From Hemiscyllium ocellatum (taxonomy: Eukaryota), in the NCBI RefSeq assembly GCF_020745735.1, contig NC_083439.1, positions 23,450,596 to 23,514,595 of the forward strand: 64,000 nucleotides of DNA, read 5' to 3'. Each line of letters starts with the position of its first letter. The stretch's first letter is position 1. The position numbers and the translations under genes were made by a program. This document shows, one piece after another, positions 12,023 through 23,900 of this stretch. The notes below the pieces were generated by a model. It was not told where the DNA came from and searched no databases. It worked only from the letters and a program-made list of their open reading frames with translations.

Positions 12023-14832
12023 CATCTAGAAAGGAATAGATTGATTACGGAGAGTCAACATGGTTTTATGAAGGTTAGGTCATGCCTCACAAACCTTACT
12101 GAGTTCTTTAAAAAGGTAACCAAACAGTGGATGAGGGTAAAGTGGTTGATGTGGTGTATATGGATTTCAGTAAGGCGTTTGATAAGGTTTCCCATGGTAG
12201 GCTATTGCACAAAATATAGATGCAAGGGATTGAGGATGTTTTAGCAGTTTGGATCAGAAATTGGCTAGCTGAAAGAAGACAGAGGGTGGTGGTTGATGGG
12301 AAATATTCATCGTGGAGTTCAGTTACTAGTGGGGTACCGCAAGGATCTGTTTTGGGTTTACTATTGTTTGTCATTTTTATAAATGACCTAGATGAGGGCA
12401 TAGAAGGATGAGTTAGTACATTTGCAGATGACACTAAGGTCGATAGAGTTGTGGATAGTGACAAAGGGTGTTGTAGGTTAGAGTCATAGAGTCATAGAGA
12501 TGTACAGCATTGAAACAGACCCTTCGGTCCAACCCGTCCATGCCGACCAGATATCCTACCCCAATCTAGTCCCACCTGCCAGCACCCGGCCCATATCCCT
12601 CCAAACCCTTCCTATTTATATACCCATCCAAATGCCTCTTAAATGTTGCAATTGTACCAGCCTCCACCATAGCCTCTGGCAGCACATTCCATACACATAC
12701 CACCCTCTGCGTGAAAAAGTTGCCTCTTAGGTCTCTTTTATATCTTTCCCCTCTCACCCGAAACCTATGCCCTCTAGTTCTGGACTCCCCGACCCCAGGG
12801 AAAAGACTTTGTCTATTTATCCTATCCATGCCCCTCATAATTTTGTAAACCTCTGTAAGGTTACCACTCAGCCTCTGACGCTCCAGGGAAAACAGCCCCG
12901 GCCTGTTCAACCTCTCTCTGTAGCTCAGACCCTCCAACCCTGGCAACATCCTTGTAAATCTTTTCTGAACCCTTTCAAGTTTCACAACACCTTTCCGATA
13001 GGAAGGAGACCAGAATTGCGTGTAATATTCCAACAGTGGCCTAACCAACATCCTGTACAGCTGCAACATGACCTCTCAACTCCTGTACTCAATACTCTGA
13101 CCAATAAAGGAAAGCATACCAAATGCCTTCTTCACTATCCTATCTATCTGCGACCCCACTTTCAAGGAGCTATGAACTTGCACTCCAAGGTCTCTTTGTT
13201 CAGCAATACTCCCTAGGATATTTCCATTAAGTCTGTAAGACCTGCTAAGATTTGCTTTCCCAAAATGCAGCACCTCGCATTTATCTGAATTAAACTCCAT
13301 CTGCCACTTCTCAGCCCATTGGCCCATCTGGTCAAGATCCTGTTGTAATCTGAGGTAACCCTCTTCGCTGTCCGCTACACCTCCAATTTTGGTATCAACT
13401 GCAAACTTACTAACTGTATCTCTTATGCTCACATCCAAATCATTTATGTAAATGACAAAAAGTAGAGGACCCAGCACCGATCCTTGTGGCACTCCACTGG
13501 TCACAAGCCTCCATCTGAAAAACAACGCTCCACCACCACCCTCTGTCTTCTACCTTTGACCCAGTTCTGTATCCAAATAGCTGGTTCTCCCTGTATTCCA
13601 TGAGATCTAACCTTGTTAATCAGTCTCCCATGGGGAACTTTGTTGAACGCCTTACTGAAATCCATATAGATCATATCTACTGCTCTGCCCTCATCAATCT
13701 TCTTTGTTACTTCTTCAAAAAACTCAATCAAGTTTGTGAGACATGCTCTCCCACGCACCAAGCCATGTTGACTATCCCAAATCAGTCCTTGCCTTTCCAA
13801 ATACATGTACATCCTGTCCCTCAGGATTCCCTCCAACAACTTGCCCACCACTGAGGTCAGGCTCACCGGTCTATAGTTCCCTGGCTTGTCTTTACCGCTC
13901 TTCTTAAACAATGGCACCACATTTGCCAACCTCCAGTCGTTCGGCATTTCACCTGTGACTATTGGTGATACAAATACCTCAGCAAGAGACCCATTACAGA
14001 GGTACATAAATAAGCTGCAGAGCTGGGCTGAGAGGAGGCAAATGGAGTTTAATGCTGAAAAGTGTGAAGTGACTGACATTGGAAGGAGTAACAGGAATGC
14101 AGAGTACTGGGCAAATGATAAGATTCTTGGTATTGTAGGTGAACAGAGACATCTCGGTGTCCAGGTGCATAGATCCTTGAAAGTTGCCACCCAGGTTGAT
14201 AGGGTTGTTAAGAAGGCATATAGTGTGTTTGTTTTTATTGGTAGAGGGATTGAGTTTTGGAACCATGAGATCATGCTGCAGCTGCTCAAAACATTGATGC
14301 GACCACATTTGGAGTATTGCATATAGTTCTGGTCATTTGTAGTATTGCATATAGTTCTGGTCACCGCATTATAGGAAGGATGTGGAAGCTTTGGAAAGCG
14401 TTCAGAGGAGATTTACCTCACCTTGTATGGAGGGAAGGTCTTACGAGGAAAGGCTGAGGGGCTTGAGACTGTTTTCTTAGAGAGAAGAAGTGACTTAATT
14501 GAGACATATACAATAATCAGAGGGTTAGATAGGTTGGACAGTAAGAGCCATTTTCCTCGGATGGCAATGGCTATCATGAGGGGATATAGCTTTAAATTAA
14601 GAGGTGATAGATATAGGACAGATGTCAGAGTAGTTACGTTACTCAGAGAGCAGTACGGGCGTGGAATGCACTGCCTCCAACATTAGTAGTAGACTCACCA
14701 ACATTAATGGTCGTTGGATAGGCATATGGACGAGAATGGAATAGTGTAGGTTAGATGGGCTTCCGATTGGTTTCACAGGTCGGTGCAACATCGAGGGCTG
14801 AAGGCCTATACTGTACAGTAATGTTCTAAGTT
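12023..14832 (+). mobile_element. 5'-truncated CR1 (element B), split by element C
   Basis: [17 protein letters not shown] and FADDTK to 12480; resumes as LQRYINKLQSWAERRQMEFN at 13994; 3' tail at about 14830. Confidence 0.88.
12481..13993 (-). mobile_element. Younger 5'-truncated CR1 (element C) nested in B
   Basis: Very similar to 1731-3258; (gagtcata) tail at 12481; TTA repeated at both junctions. Confidence 0.92.
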
Positions 14833-14835
14833 TTA

Positions 14836-15340
14836 TTAGTTGAAAAGGAAAAAAAATATGCATAAGGTTTAGGAAACAAAAATCAAATGGGGTTTTTGAG
14901 AAATATAAATGAAGCAGAAAAGAAATAAATTAGGAGGGCAAGAAGGGACCACGAAATGTCCTTGGCAGGTCGGATTAAGGAGAATCCCAAGACACTTTAT
15001 ACATATATTAGGAGCAAGTGAGTAACTAGGGAAAGTGCAGGTCCACTCAAAGGCAAAGGAAGGAATTTATGTGTGGAGCCAGAGGAAGTGGGTGAGATCT
15101 TTAATGAATATTTTCAATAGTATCCATCAAGGAGAAAGGCACGGATGATTCTAAGTTTAGGGAGGGGTTTGTAGTTACTCCAAAGCATGTTGATGTTAAG
15201 AAGGAAAAGGTGCTGGCTATCTTGAAAAACATTAAGATAGATAAGGCCCCAGGCCCTGAAGCGACCTATCAAAGGATTCTGAAGAAGGCAAGGGAGAAAA
15301 TTGTTGGGGCCAAGATAGAGATATTTGTATCATCTTTCTG
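14836..15340 (+). mobile_element. CR1 ORF2 tether region, likely the continuation of element A
   Basis: IRRARRDHEMSLAGRIKENPKTLYTYIRSK and DKAPGPE. Confidence 0.75.
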
Positions 15341-15969
15341 TTGCAGAAGGGAGTGCTGCTGTCGAGGAAAGCTCAATAAGCTGCTGTAGTGCATCCTATA
15401 AATTGGTTCATATTGCAGCCATGGTATAGTATTGATGGAGGTCATCATGACACAATGGTTGAAATAACTTAAACAAAGTTGGCCTCTTCCTGTTAATTTT
15501 ACAAAAACAAGTTTGTGAACGCTAATTTTATTTCTAATTAAGATAAACTACTGATTCAGGATGTCATTGTAGTGTTTTCAATTTATTTAATGCCTTTTTT
15601 TCTGTGCACTTCATGCATGTTTTTATTCTATTGAACACAGCATTAAATGATATTATGAAATTGCATACGTGTATAATTTCTGGATAAGTGATTGGCAGCA
15701 CTTACTTAAGCTGCTGTAATTCCACAATGGTGATACATATCAAACCTTGTAAACATTTCTGAGACAATTGCTAATGAAAAGTATCAAGAATGAAATTTCA
15801 AACTAAAACAGTTTGTCAGATTTCATTTCTTTTTCCCTTCCAATAGCTGATTAGTGTATAATTAGTCAGGATGGAAGAAGCTGGCACTGAAATTGGATCT
15901 TCCTCCTTTCCATTACTTCATCAAACACTGCTAATTCACACAAAACTTGTGTAATAAATATTTCACCAG

Positions 15970-16895
15970 TAAAGAGGGAGATGGCACAGGGCAGGGTGAC
16001 ACTAGGCACACGGACACACAAGATGGCCGCTGAGCCATCAGTTGGCCAACTTGATACACAAGATGGCTACCAGATCACAATATGGAGAGAAACAGCAGAG
16101 CAGATACGGATACTGCCTGGGGCCACCAGAATGTCAGCACAACGCACTCACAACCCAGTTTTTTTAAAATTTCAAAATATACTTTATTCATAGAAATAAA
16201 TCTTTGGTACCTGTACAATTTGTCATGTTGTTCATAGATATATACATTGCATATCTTAACATTACAAAGAACAGATTGAATTAATTGAATTTACAGTTAT
16301 CCTATTTACAGTTCCCTTTATTAACCATCCAGTCTCTTATTATTTAGCTGTGGCTTCAGCGGAACCCACCTAGTGAGTGGGTGCCCTGTTATACGATAGC
16401 AAAGGAACCTTCTTTAATCCCACTCACAACCCAGTTGATTAGCTTAAGACGAGTGGGTGAGAGAATACACATGAGTAATGAACAAAGTGTCTGGGTCTAA
16501 CCAACATCTCTTATAGAAATGCTAACACCTTGATACAGACTCAGTACAAAATGCTAATAGACATTGAAACTGACAATGTCTACATTGAAACTGACAATGA
16601 CCACGCGGAAATTAACGAAGGCTGAGCTGGAACTGACAAAGTCTGTATCGAAACTATCAACAATTCTGCAATGATTGCCATAAACAAACCATGTTACAAA
16701 GACAATAATCTCATCACTGACTTATTGTATCACAAGATGTATAAAACTTTCTTGACATGTGCCCTGGGTTGAGAGAATACTCGCAGCTGACCGCTGTGCT
16801 GTTGGTGTCTTTCTCTCCATGGAGCTCCGGTATTTCCTTATGCAATAAACTGAACCCTGAGTCTGACTCTGAAACTGGTGTTTTTCCCCACAACA
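15970..16895 (+). mobile_element. Solo LTR upstream of DNAAF4
   Basis: CCAG 4-bp TSD (15966-15969 and 16896-16899); ends CAACA; TATAAAA at 16740; AATAAA at about 16844; two CAAGATGGC YY1-like motifs. Confidence 0.7.
16161..16420 (-). mobile_element. PolyA-tailed L1/Tx1-type 3' fragment inserted in the solo LTR
   Basis: 16-bp TSD CACTCACAACCCAGTT (16145-16160 and 16421-16436); AATAAA plus A-tail on -. Confidence 0.75.
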
Positions 16896-16958
16896 CCAGA
16901 ATTGGTATTTGGCCAGTTGAACATTTATATACAGTTCAGTCAGAAGGCTAGGAAAAGT

Positions 16959-17158
16959 GGGTGGCACAGTGGTTAGCACTACTACCTCACAGTGCTAGAG
17001 ACCTGGGTTCAATTCCCACCTCAGGTGACTGACTGTGTGGAGTTTCCACATTCTCCCTGTGTTTGTGTGGGTTTCCTCCCACAGTCCAAAAATGTGCTGG
17101 TTTGCTAAATTGCACTATAGCATTAGGGGAATGGGTCTGGGTGGGAGTAATCTAATCT
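16959..17158 (+). mobile_element. HE1-type shark tRNA-derived SINE (internally deleted)
   Basis: A/B boxes (tggcacagtggttagc, gggttcaattccc); taatctaatct tail. Confidence 0.8.
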
Positions 17159-17429
17159 TTTAAAAAAAGGCAAACAACTGTCATAAAGCTAAGCAACAAG
17201 GACATAGTAGGAATGGATAATTATGGAAAATAGTATTTAGCAGCTTTAGATGAATCAGTTAGGGCTCAAATGTGGTTAATTTAATGTTGATGACACCATT
17301 TTGTTTCATATCTTGATCCAAAGACTCAGGAGTGGTCTGAAAATGATGTTAACATTCAAACACTGCTCCAGAAAGCAGATTCGTAAACGGATCGATAGAT
17401 ATACCAAACTAGTAGCATAATACACACAT

Positions 17430-17560
17430 TGTTGAGTCACTGGACTCAAAACGTTAACTTTGTTTCTTTCTCCCTTGATGCTGCCAGACATGCTAAGTTT
17501 CTCCAGCACTTTCTGTGTTTTTCTGTTTCAAATCTCCAGCATACACAAATGTTTGTTTTA
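17430..17560 (+). mobile_element. Penelope pLTR-derived fragment
   Basis: gagtcactggactc-aaaacgttaac...gatgctgccagacatgct...ctccagca, as in the other mini-elements. Confidence 0.6.
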
Positions 17561-17704
17561 GCTACATTGCTGAACATTAGTTTGAATTAATTTTCATCAG
17601 AAACCATATTGAATCCATAAAAGTGGCAGTGACTCCCTAAAAGCTCTTCTTAAAAGTCTTGAACTGAGTGAAGAATCTGGAACCTCAGATTCAATGTATG
17701 GAGG

Positions 17705-17794
17705 GTATCCATGGAAACTGTCACTCATTGATCCGGAAGTAACGCCCGTGTCACCCGGAAGGACCAGTGAGCGGGACGCGCGTCGCTTAGCAAC
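17705..17794 (+). promoter_or_regulatory. DNAAF4 proximal promoter with two RFX X-boxes and an ETS site
   Basis: GTATCCATGGAAAC (17705-17718), CCGGAAGT (17733-17740) and GTCGCTTAGCAAC (17782-17794) in a CpG-rich patch just upstream of the ATG. X-boxes are the established motif of ciliary genes. Confidence 0.75.
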
Positions 17795-17812
17795 GGGCTG
17801 CTGTCCGTAAAG

Positions 17813-17935
17813 ATGCCGCTGCAGGTTAAGGATTACACCTGGGACCAGGTGGAGAGCCAAGTGTTTATAACGGTGCCGCTGAAGGGAGTGAGGGCTGGGA
17901 AAGCGGACGTTTTCTGTACAGAGGATTATTTAAAG
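17813..17935 (+). CDS. DNAAF4: DNAAF4 coding exon 1 ([10 protein letters not shown]...TEDYLK)
   Basis: ATG at 17813; donor AAG|GTGAGG at 17936; phase 0. Confidence 0.96.
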
Positions 17936-20900
17936 GTGAGGGATCGCCGTGGGCGGCTGTGCTCTGTGTTTGGAAATGGAGAGGGGAGCCCTGGTCTCTA
18001 CATTTGTTTCACAGGTAAAGCCCAGGCTGTCAGCTTCTGCTGTTACCATCCTAATTTCACCTCGTGTGCCCAGTCACTTTATCAAAGTGCCTTAAAGCCA
18101 CAAAACTATTTTCGTTACATAAATTGTTGGAAAAACTGAGCGGGTTTGGCGGAGAGAAATCACAGTTGACGTTTCGGATCCATTGGCCCTTCTTCAGAAC
18201 TGATGGTAACTGGGAAAAGATTGGTATTTATATAGAAGATGGAGAGGGGAAGAGTAAACTGCAGGTGGAGAGAGAGAGCCCAAAATGGGCTGCTACCACA
18301 CACAACCCGTTGTCAACTCCTATTGTAGCTGCTATTCATTTCCACAGACCATCACCTGATGAAGAAGCAGTGCTCCGAAAGGTAGTGCTTCCAATTAAAA
18401 CTGTCAGACTATAACTTGGTGTTGTGTGATTTTTAACTTCCCATAGACTGACCTTTAATCACGTGAATGTGGTATTGGCACAACCCTTAGAATAGTCCTC
18501 ATCCACAAATCATTTAAAAAGATTGTTAATGTATTGAGCTACATTAAATTTCTGTTTTTAGTTTATAAAAGAAGTAGAGAATGAATACATTTAATTTATT
18601 TTGGAATTGTGAACCTGCATTTAGATTCATAGAGTTATGTAGATATACAGCACAGAAACAGATCCTTCAGTCCACCACGACCATGTTGACCATTTGGCCC
18701 ATATCTCTCTAAAGTCTTCCTATCCCTATACCTATCCTGATGCCTTTTAAACGTTGTATTGTACCAATCTCCATAATTTCCTCTGGCAATCCATTCAATA
18801 CACTCACCACCCTTTGTTTGAAAAGTTGCCCTTTTTGTCTCTGTTAAATCTTTCCCCTCTCACTTTAAACCTATGCTCTCTAGTTTTGGACTCCCCCACA
18901 ATGTTTACCCTCTCCATGCCTCTCATGATTTTATAAACCTCTTATAAGATCATCCCTCAGTCTCTGACACTCGAAGAATAGTTGCAGCCTATTCAACCTA
19001 TAGCTGAAACCCTCCAGCCCTGCCAACATCCTTGTAAATCTTTTCTGAACACTTTCAAGATTCACAACACTCTTCCTTAGCAGGGACACCAGAATTGCAC
19101 ACAGTATTCCAATAGTGGCCGAATCAATGTCCAGTATAGCTGCAACATGACCTCCCAACTCCTATATTCAATGTACTGACCAATAAAGGCAAGCATACCA
19201 AATGCCACCTTCACTCTCCTATTTACTTGTAACTCCTCTTTCAAGGAACTATGAACCTGCAGTCCAAGGACTCTTTGTTCAGCAACACTCCCGAGGACCT
19301 TACTTTTAAGTATATAAGTCCTGTCCTGATTTGCCTTTCCAAAATGCATTTATCTAAATTAAACTTCATCTGCCAGCTTTTGCGCCATTGGCCCATCTGA
19401 TCTTCATTCTGTTGTACTCTGAGGTAACCTTCTTTGCTGTCGACTACACCTCCAATTTTGGTGTCATGTGCAAATTTACTAACCATACCTCCTATATTTA
19501 CATCCAAATCAATGAAAAACAGTGGACCCAGCACCGATCCTTTGGCACATTGCTGGTCACAGGCCTCCAGTGTGATAACCAACCCTCCATCTCCACCTTC
19601 TGACTTCTACCTTCGAGCCTTTGCCTCCAGATTTTGATTCCAAATTTTTTACTTTAACAGGTGAACTTTCCTCCATTTCTGTTTGAGGTAATATTATTTG
19701 CTTCTATTGATGAATCGAAAAGCTCTGCTAAAGTTGGCAATGATGTTGTTATCTTCACCTTGTGTAAGAAAGAATCAAGAATGTGGGAGCAACTTACAAC
19801 GGTCGAAGGTAAGCAATGATTTAGATATTTTGCTATATATTGAATCCTATAAAATTAAAATGGATATGAATTGCATTAGCAGTACTGCTCATGACAGTTA
19901 CTTTAAATTTTGTAGTTAGACATAACTAGGTTTTCTTTGCATCATATAATTACATTGACTGTTCTTTGATAGTTAGTAAGGAAAAGTTGCAGAAAAGGAG
20001 GGAGAATGCAATACTTGCTGCTCAAGAAAAGGCACAAGAGGCAGCAAAAGAAAAGGCAATTAAAAAACGAGAAAATGAGAAGTACTCATTGGAAAAGACA
20101 ATGAAGGTAACTATTGTAGAACTTGTTAAAATATTTAATTTTCTTTGTTGTGCACAATATTGTCTACTTAAAATAGACTTACTGACAGAGTAATTTGATA
20201 TAAAACTATGAATTCAAGCCATTTGTACAATAAAGCTAGAAAAGGAATTAAAGTCTCCAAAGTACAGTTCAAGATGACCAGCGTCATGGTAGTGTTGTAA
20301 CATAGTGATTTAATCAAAACAAGACTTTATCTTCCCTATGCAGATCTCGCACATTTTCTGTAATACTCTTTTCCTTTTTGACAATCCTATAAGATATAAA
20401 CTTAAAACTTGAGGATTGATAGTCAAAGGCTTGACTAATATAATCAAATGGAGTGGTGGTAATGTGAGACAATCATTCAAATGTTACAATCTCATTAATT
20501 CAAAGAATGTAAGATTGTATACATATACACTTTTATCCTTATTAGGCTTCTCTCATAGTTGTATGAAAAGCTTGTTGTATTAATGACTTTCAACCTTTTG
20601 TTTGACTTTGTTCCAAAGATCTAAAAGTTGAAGTTCTAAATTGGAGGAAGGTTAATATTGACGATAGTAGGCAAAAACTTTCAAAAGCTAATTGGGGGCG
20701 GATGTTTTCGGGTAAAGGGACAGCTGGAAAATGGGAAGCCTTCAGAAATGAGATAACAAGAATCCAGAGAAAGTATATTCCTGTCAGGGTGAAAGGGAAG
20801 GTAAAGGGAATGCTGGATGACTAGAGAAATTGAGGGTTTGGTTAAGAAAAAGAAGGAAGCATATATCAGGTATAGACAGGAGAGATCGAATGAATCCTTA

Positions 20901-23900
20901 GAGTATTAAGGCAGTAAGTATACTTAAAAGGGAAATCAGGAGGACAAGAAAGGGACATGGGATAGCTTTGGCAAATAGGGTTAAGGAGAATCCAAAGGGT
21001 TTTTACAAATACATAAGGACGAAAGGGTAAAAGGGAGACAATAGGGCCCCTTAATGATCAGCAAGGTGGCCTTTGTGTGGAGCTGCAGGAGATGGGGGAT
21101 ATACTAAACGAGTATTTTGTATCAGTGTTTACTGTGGAGATGGACATGAAAGATATAGAATGTAGGGAAATAGATGGTGTCATCTTGAAAAATGTCCATA
21201 TTACAGAGGAGAAAGTGCTGGATGTCTTGAAACACATAATGGTGGATAAATCCCAGGACCTGATCAGGTGTACCCTAGAACCCTGTGGGAAACTAGGAAA
21301 GTGATTGCTGGGCCTCTTACTGAGATATTTGTATCATTGATAGTCACAGGTGAGGTGCCAGAAGACTGGAGGTTGGCTAACGTGGTGCCACTGTTTAAGA
21401 AAAGTGGTAAGGACAAGCCAGGGAACTATAGATCAGTGAGCCTGACGTTGGTGGTGGGCAAGTTGTTGGAGGAAATCCTGAGTGACAGGATTTACGTGTA
21501 TTTAGAAAAGCAAGGACTGATTAGGGATAGTCAACACGGCTTTGTGCGTGGGTAATCATGTCTCATGAATTTGATTGAGTTTTTTGAAGTAACAAAGAGG
21601 ATTGATGAGGGCAGAGGGGTGGACATAATCTATATGGATTTAAATAAGGCATTCAACAAGGTTCCCCATGGGAGACTGCTTAGCAAGGTTAGATCTCATG
21701 AAATACAGGGAGAACTAGCCATTTGGATACAGAACTGGCTCAAAGATAGAAGACAGATGGTGGTGGAGGGTTGTTTTTCAGACTGGAGACCTGTAACCGG
21801 TGGAGTGCGACAAGGATCGGTGCTGGGTCCACTACTTTTCGTCATTTATGTAAATGATTTGGATGTGAACGTAGGAAGTATAGTTAGTAAGTTTGCAGAT
21901 GACACCAAAATTGGATAGTGAAGAATTTTGGACAGTGAAGAAGATTACCTCAGAATACATCTCAGAGGAATCTTGATTAGATGGGCCAATGGGCTGAGGA
22001 GTGGCAGATGGAATTTAATTTAAGTAAGTGCTGCATTTTGAGAAAGCAAATCTTAGCAGGAGGTAAGGTCCTAGGGAGTGTTGCTGAACAAAGAGACCTT
22101 GGAGTGCTAGTTCATAGCTCCTTGAAAGTAGAGTTGCAGGTAGATGGGATAGTGAAGAAGGCATTTGGTATGCTTTCCTTTATTGGTCATAGTATTGAGT
22201 ATAGGAATTGGGAGGTCATGTTGCGGCTGTACAGGATGTTGGTTAGGCCACTTTTGGAATATTGCATGCAATTCTGGTCTCCTTCCTATTGAAAGAATGT
22301 TGTGAAACTTGAACGGATTCAGAAAAAATTTATAAGGATGTTGCCAGAGTTGGAGGATTTGAGTGTAGGGAGAGGCTGAATAGGCTGGGGCTGTTTTCCC
22401 TGGAGCATCGGAAGCTGAGGAGTGATCTTTTAGAGGTTTGTAAAATCATGAGTGGCATGGATAGGATAAATAGACAAAGTATTTTCCCTGGGGTGGGGGA
22501 ATTCCAGAACTAGAGGGCATAGGTTTAAGGTGAGAGGGGAAAGATATAAAAGAGACCTAAAGGGCACCTTTTTCATGCAGAGAGTGGTACGTGTATGGAA
22601 TGAGTTGCCAGAGGAAGTGGTGGAAACAATTGCAATATTTAAAGGCATCTGGATGTGTATATGAATAGGAAAGGTTTAGAGGGATATGCGCCAAGTGCTG
22701 GCAAATGGGAGCAGATTAGGTTGGGATAACCGGTTGGCATGGGCAAGTTGGAATGAAGGGGTCTGTTTCTGTGCTGTACATCTCTATAACTAATTCTTCA
22801 CTCAACATACATTACCCATGAATACAAACTTGGAACAAATTACATGCTGGTGGATGCTTTGGATTATGTCAACAATTTGCCTCCATTTTTCATATTTTAA
22901 TTCTTTTATCTTACAGTTATAATCCTAGCAAAGGTGTAAACTAGGTCAACTGTAAGAGGATTTATTTATGGTTGGGCCGGTAGCCTAATTGCATTGTGGC
23001 GAGAGAGAATTCTCCAAAGTTTACTCTGTAATCAGTATCTTCTGTTATCTACTGAATCTGATTGTACAGATTAACATTTCTTCTTTCTTTCACACGACAT
23101 ATGTCATGCCTCAGTTTTTCATACCTTTTCTATCTGAAGTATGCTTATTAGATTTACATTTTCTATGCTAGCAATCCATAAAGTATTAATGTCATTTTCA
23201 TTTCTACTTTTCCCACCAACATTGCAATATGCATTACTAAAAATGTAGAAATACTTAAAACACTCTTTAATCTTCATTGTAAAGCTAAAGTACATTCTGA
23301 TATGAAGTTTGTAGATTTAATTAGAATGAAATTTTTATAAACTTGTGTAATGAACCAGACCAAACCCCCTGAAAATATATCAAGAAGATAGTCTAGACCC
23401 TAAAGTCTTCTTATTTTAATGGTAAGTGTAAGGTGTTGCATTCCAGCTGCAATTCAATGGGTCAAGCTACTTGACTTCAAGCAAAATACACTTTATATTT
23501 ACACTATAGTTAAAATACAGATAGAATGAAAATAAAAGAAAAGAATTGACTTAACTGTAACCCTACTGAAATGGTTAACAAAAGAACATATATATTAACA
23601 ACCACTAATTAACTATTTCAATATAGTAACATCCCAAAAGCACATCCTTGGCAAAGGCAAATTTAGTAAAATAGATTGTCTCACATGCAATTCTAGCAGC
23701 AGGAAGAGAACCCCAGCTTTTAAGGAAAACAGAGAGGAAAATAAATCAGAGCTTCCACATCCAGCACCTGCAGAAAACCAGAACTAAACATCCTGGTTCT
23801 GTGGGAGCTTGATCCCACCCATTCAAGCTGCTTCTATTGTTCCAATTTGAGAAAACACCCAAGGTCTCACAACCTGTTTGCTTTATTAGCTTTCAGCAGA

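Noticed and set aside
16959-17040. tRNA gene
   Set aside because: It is the tRNA-derived head of a SINE, followed by the SINE body and tail; no full cloverleaf.
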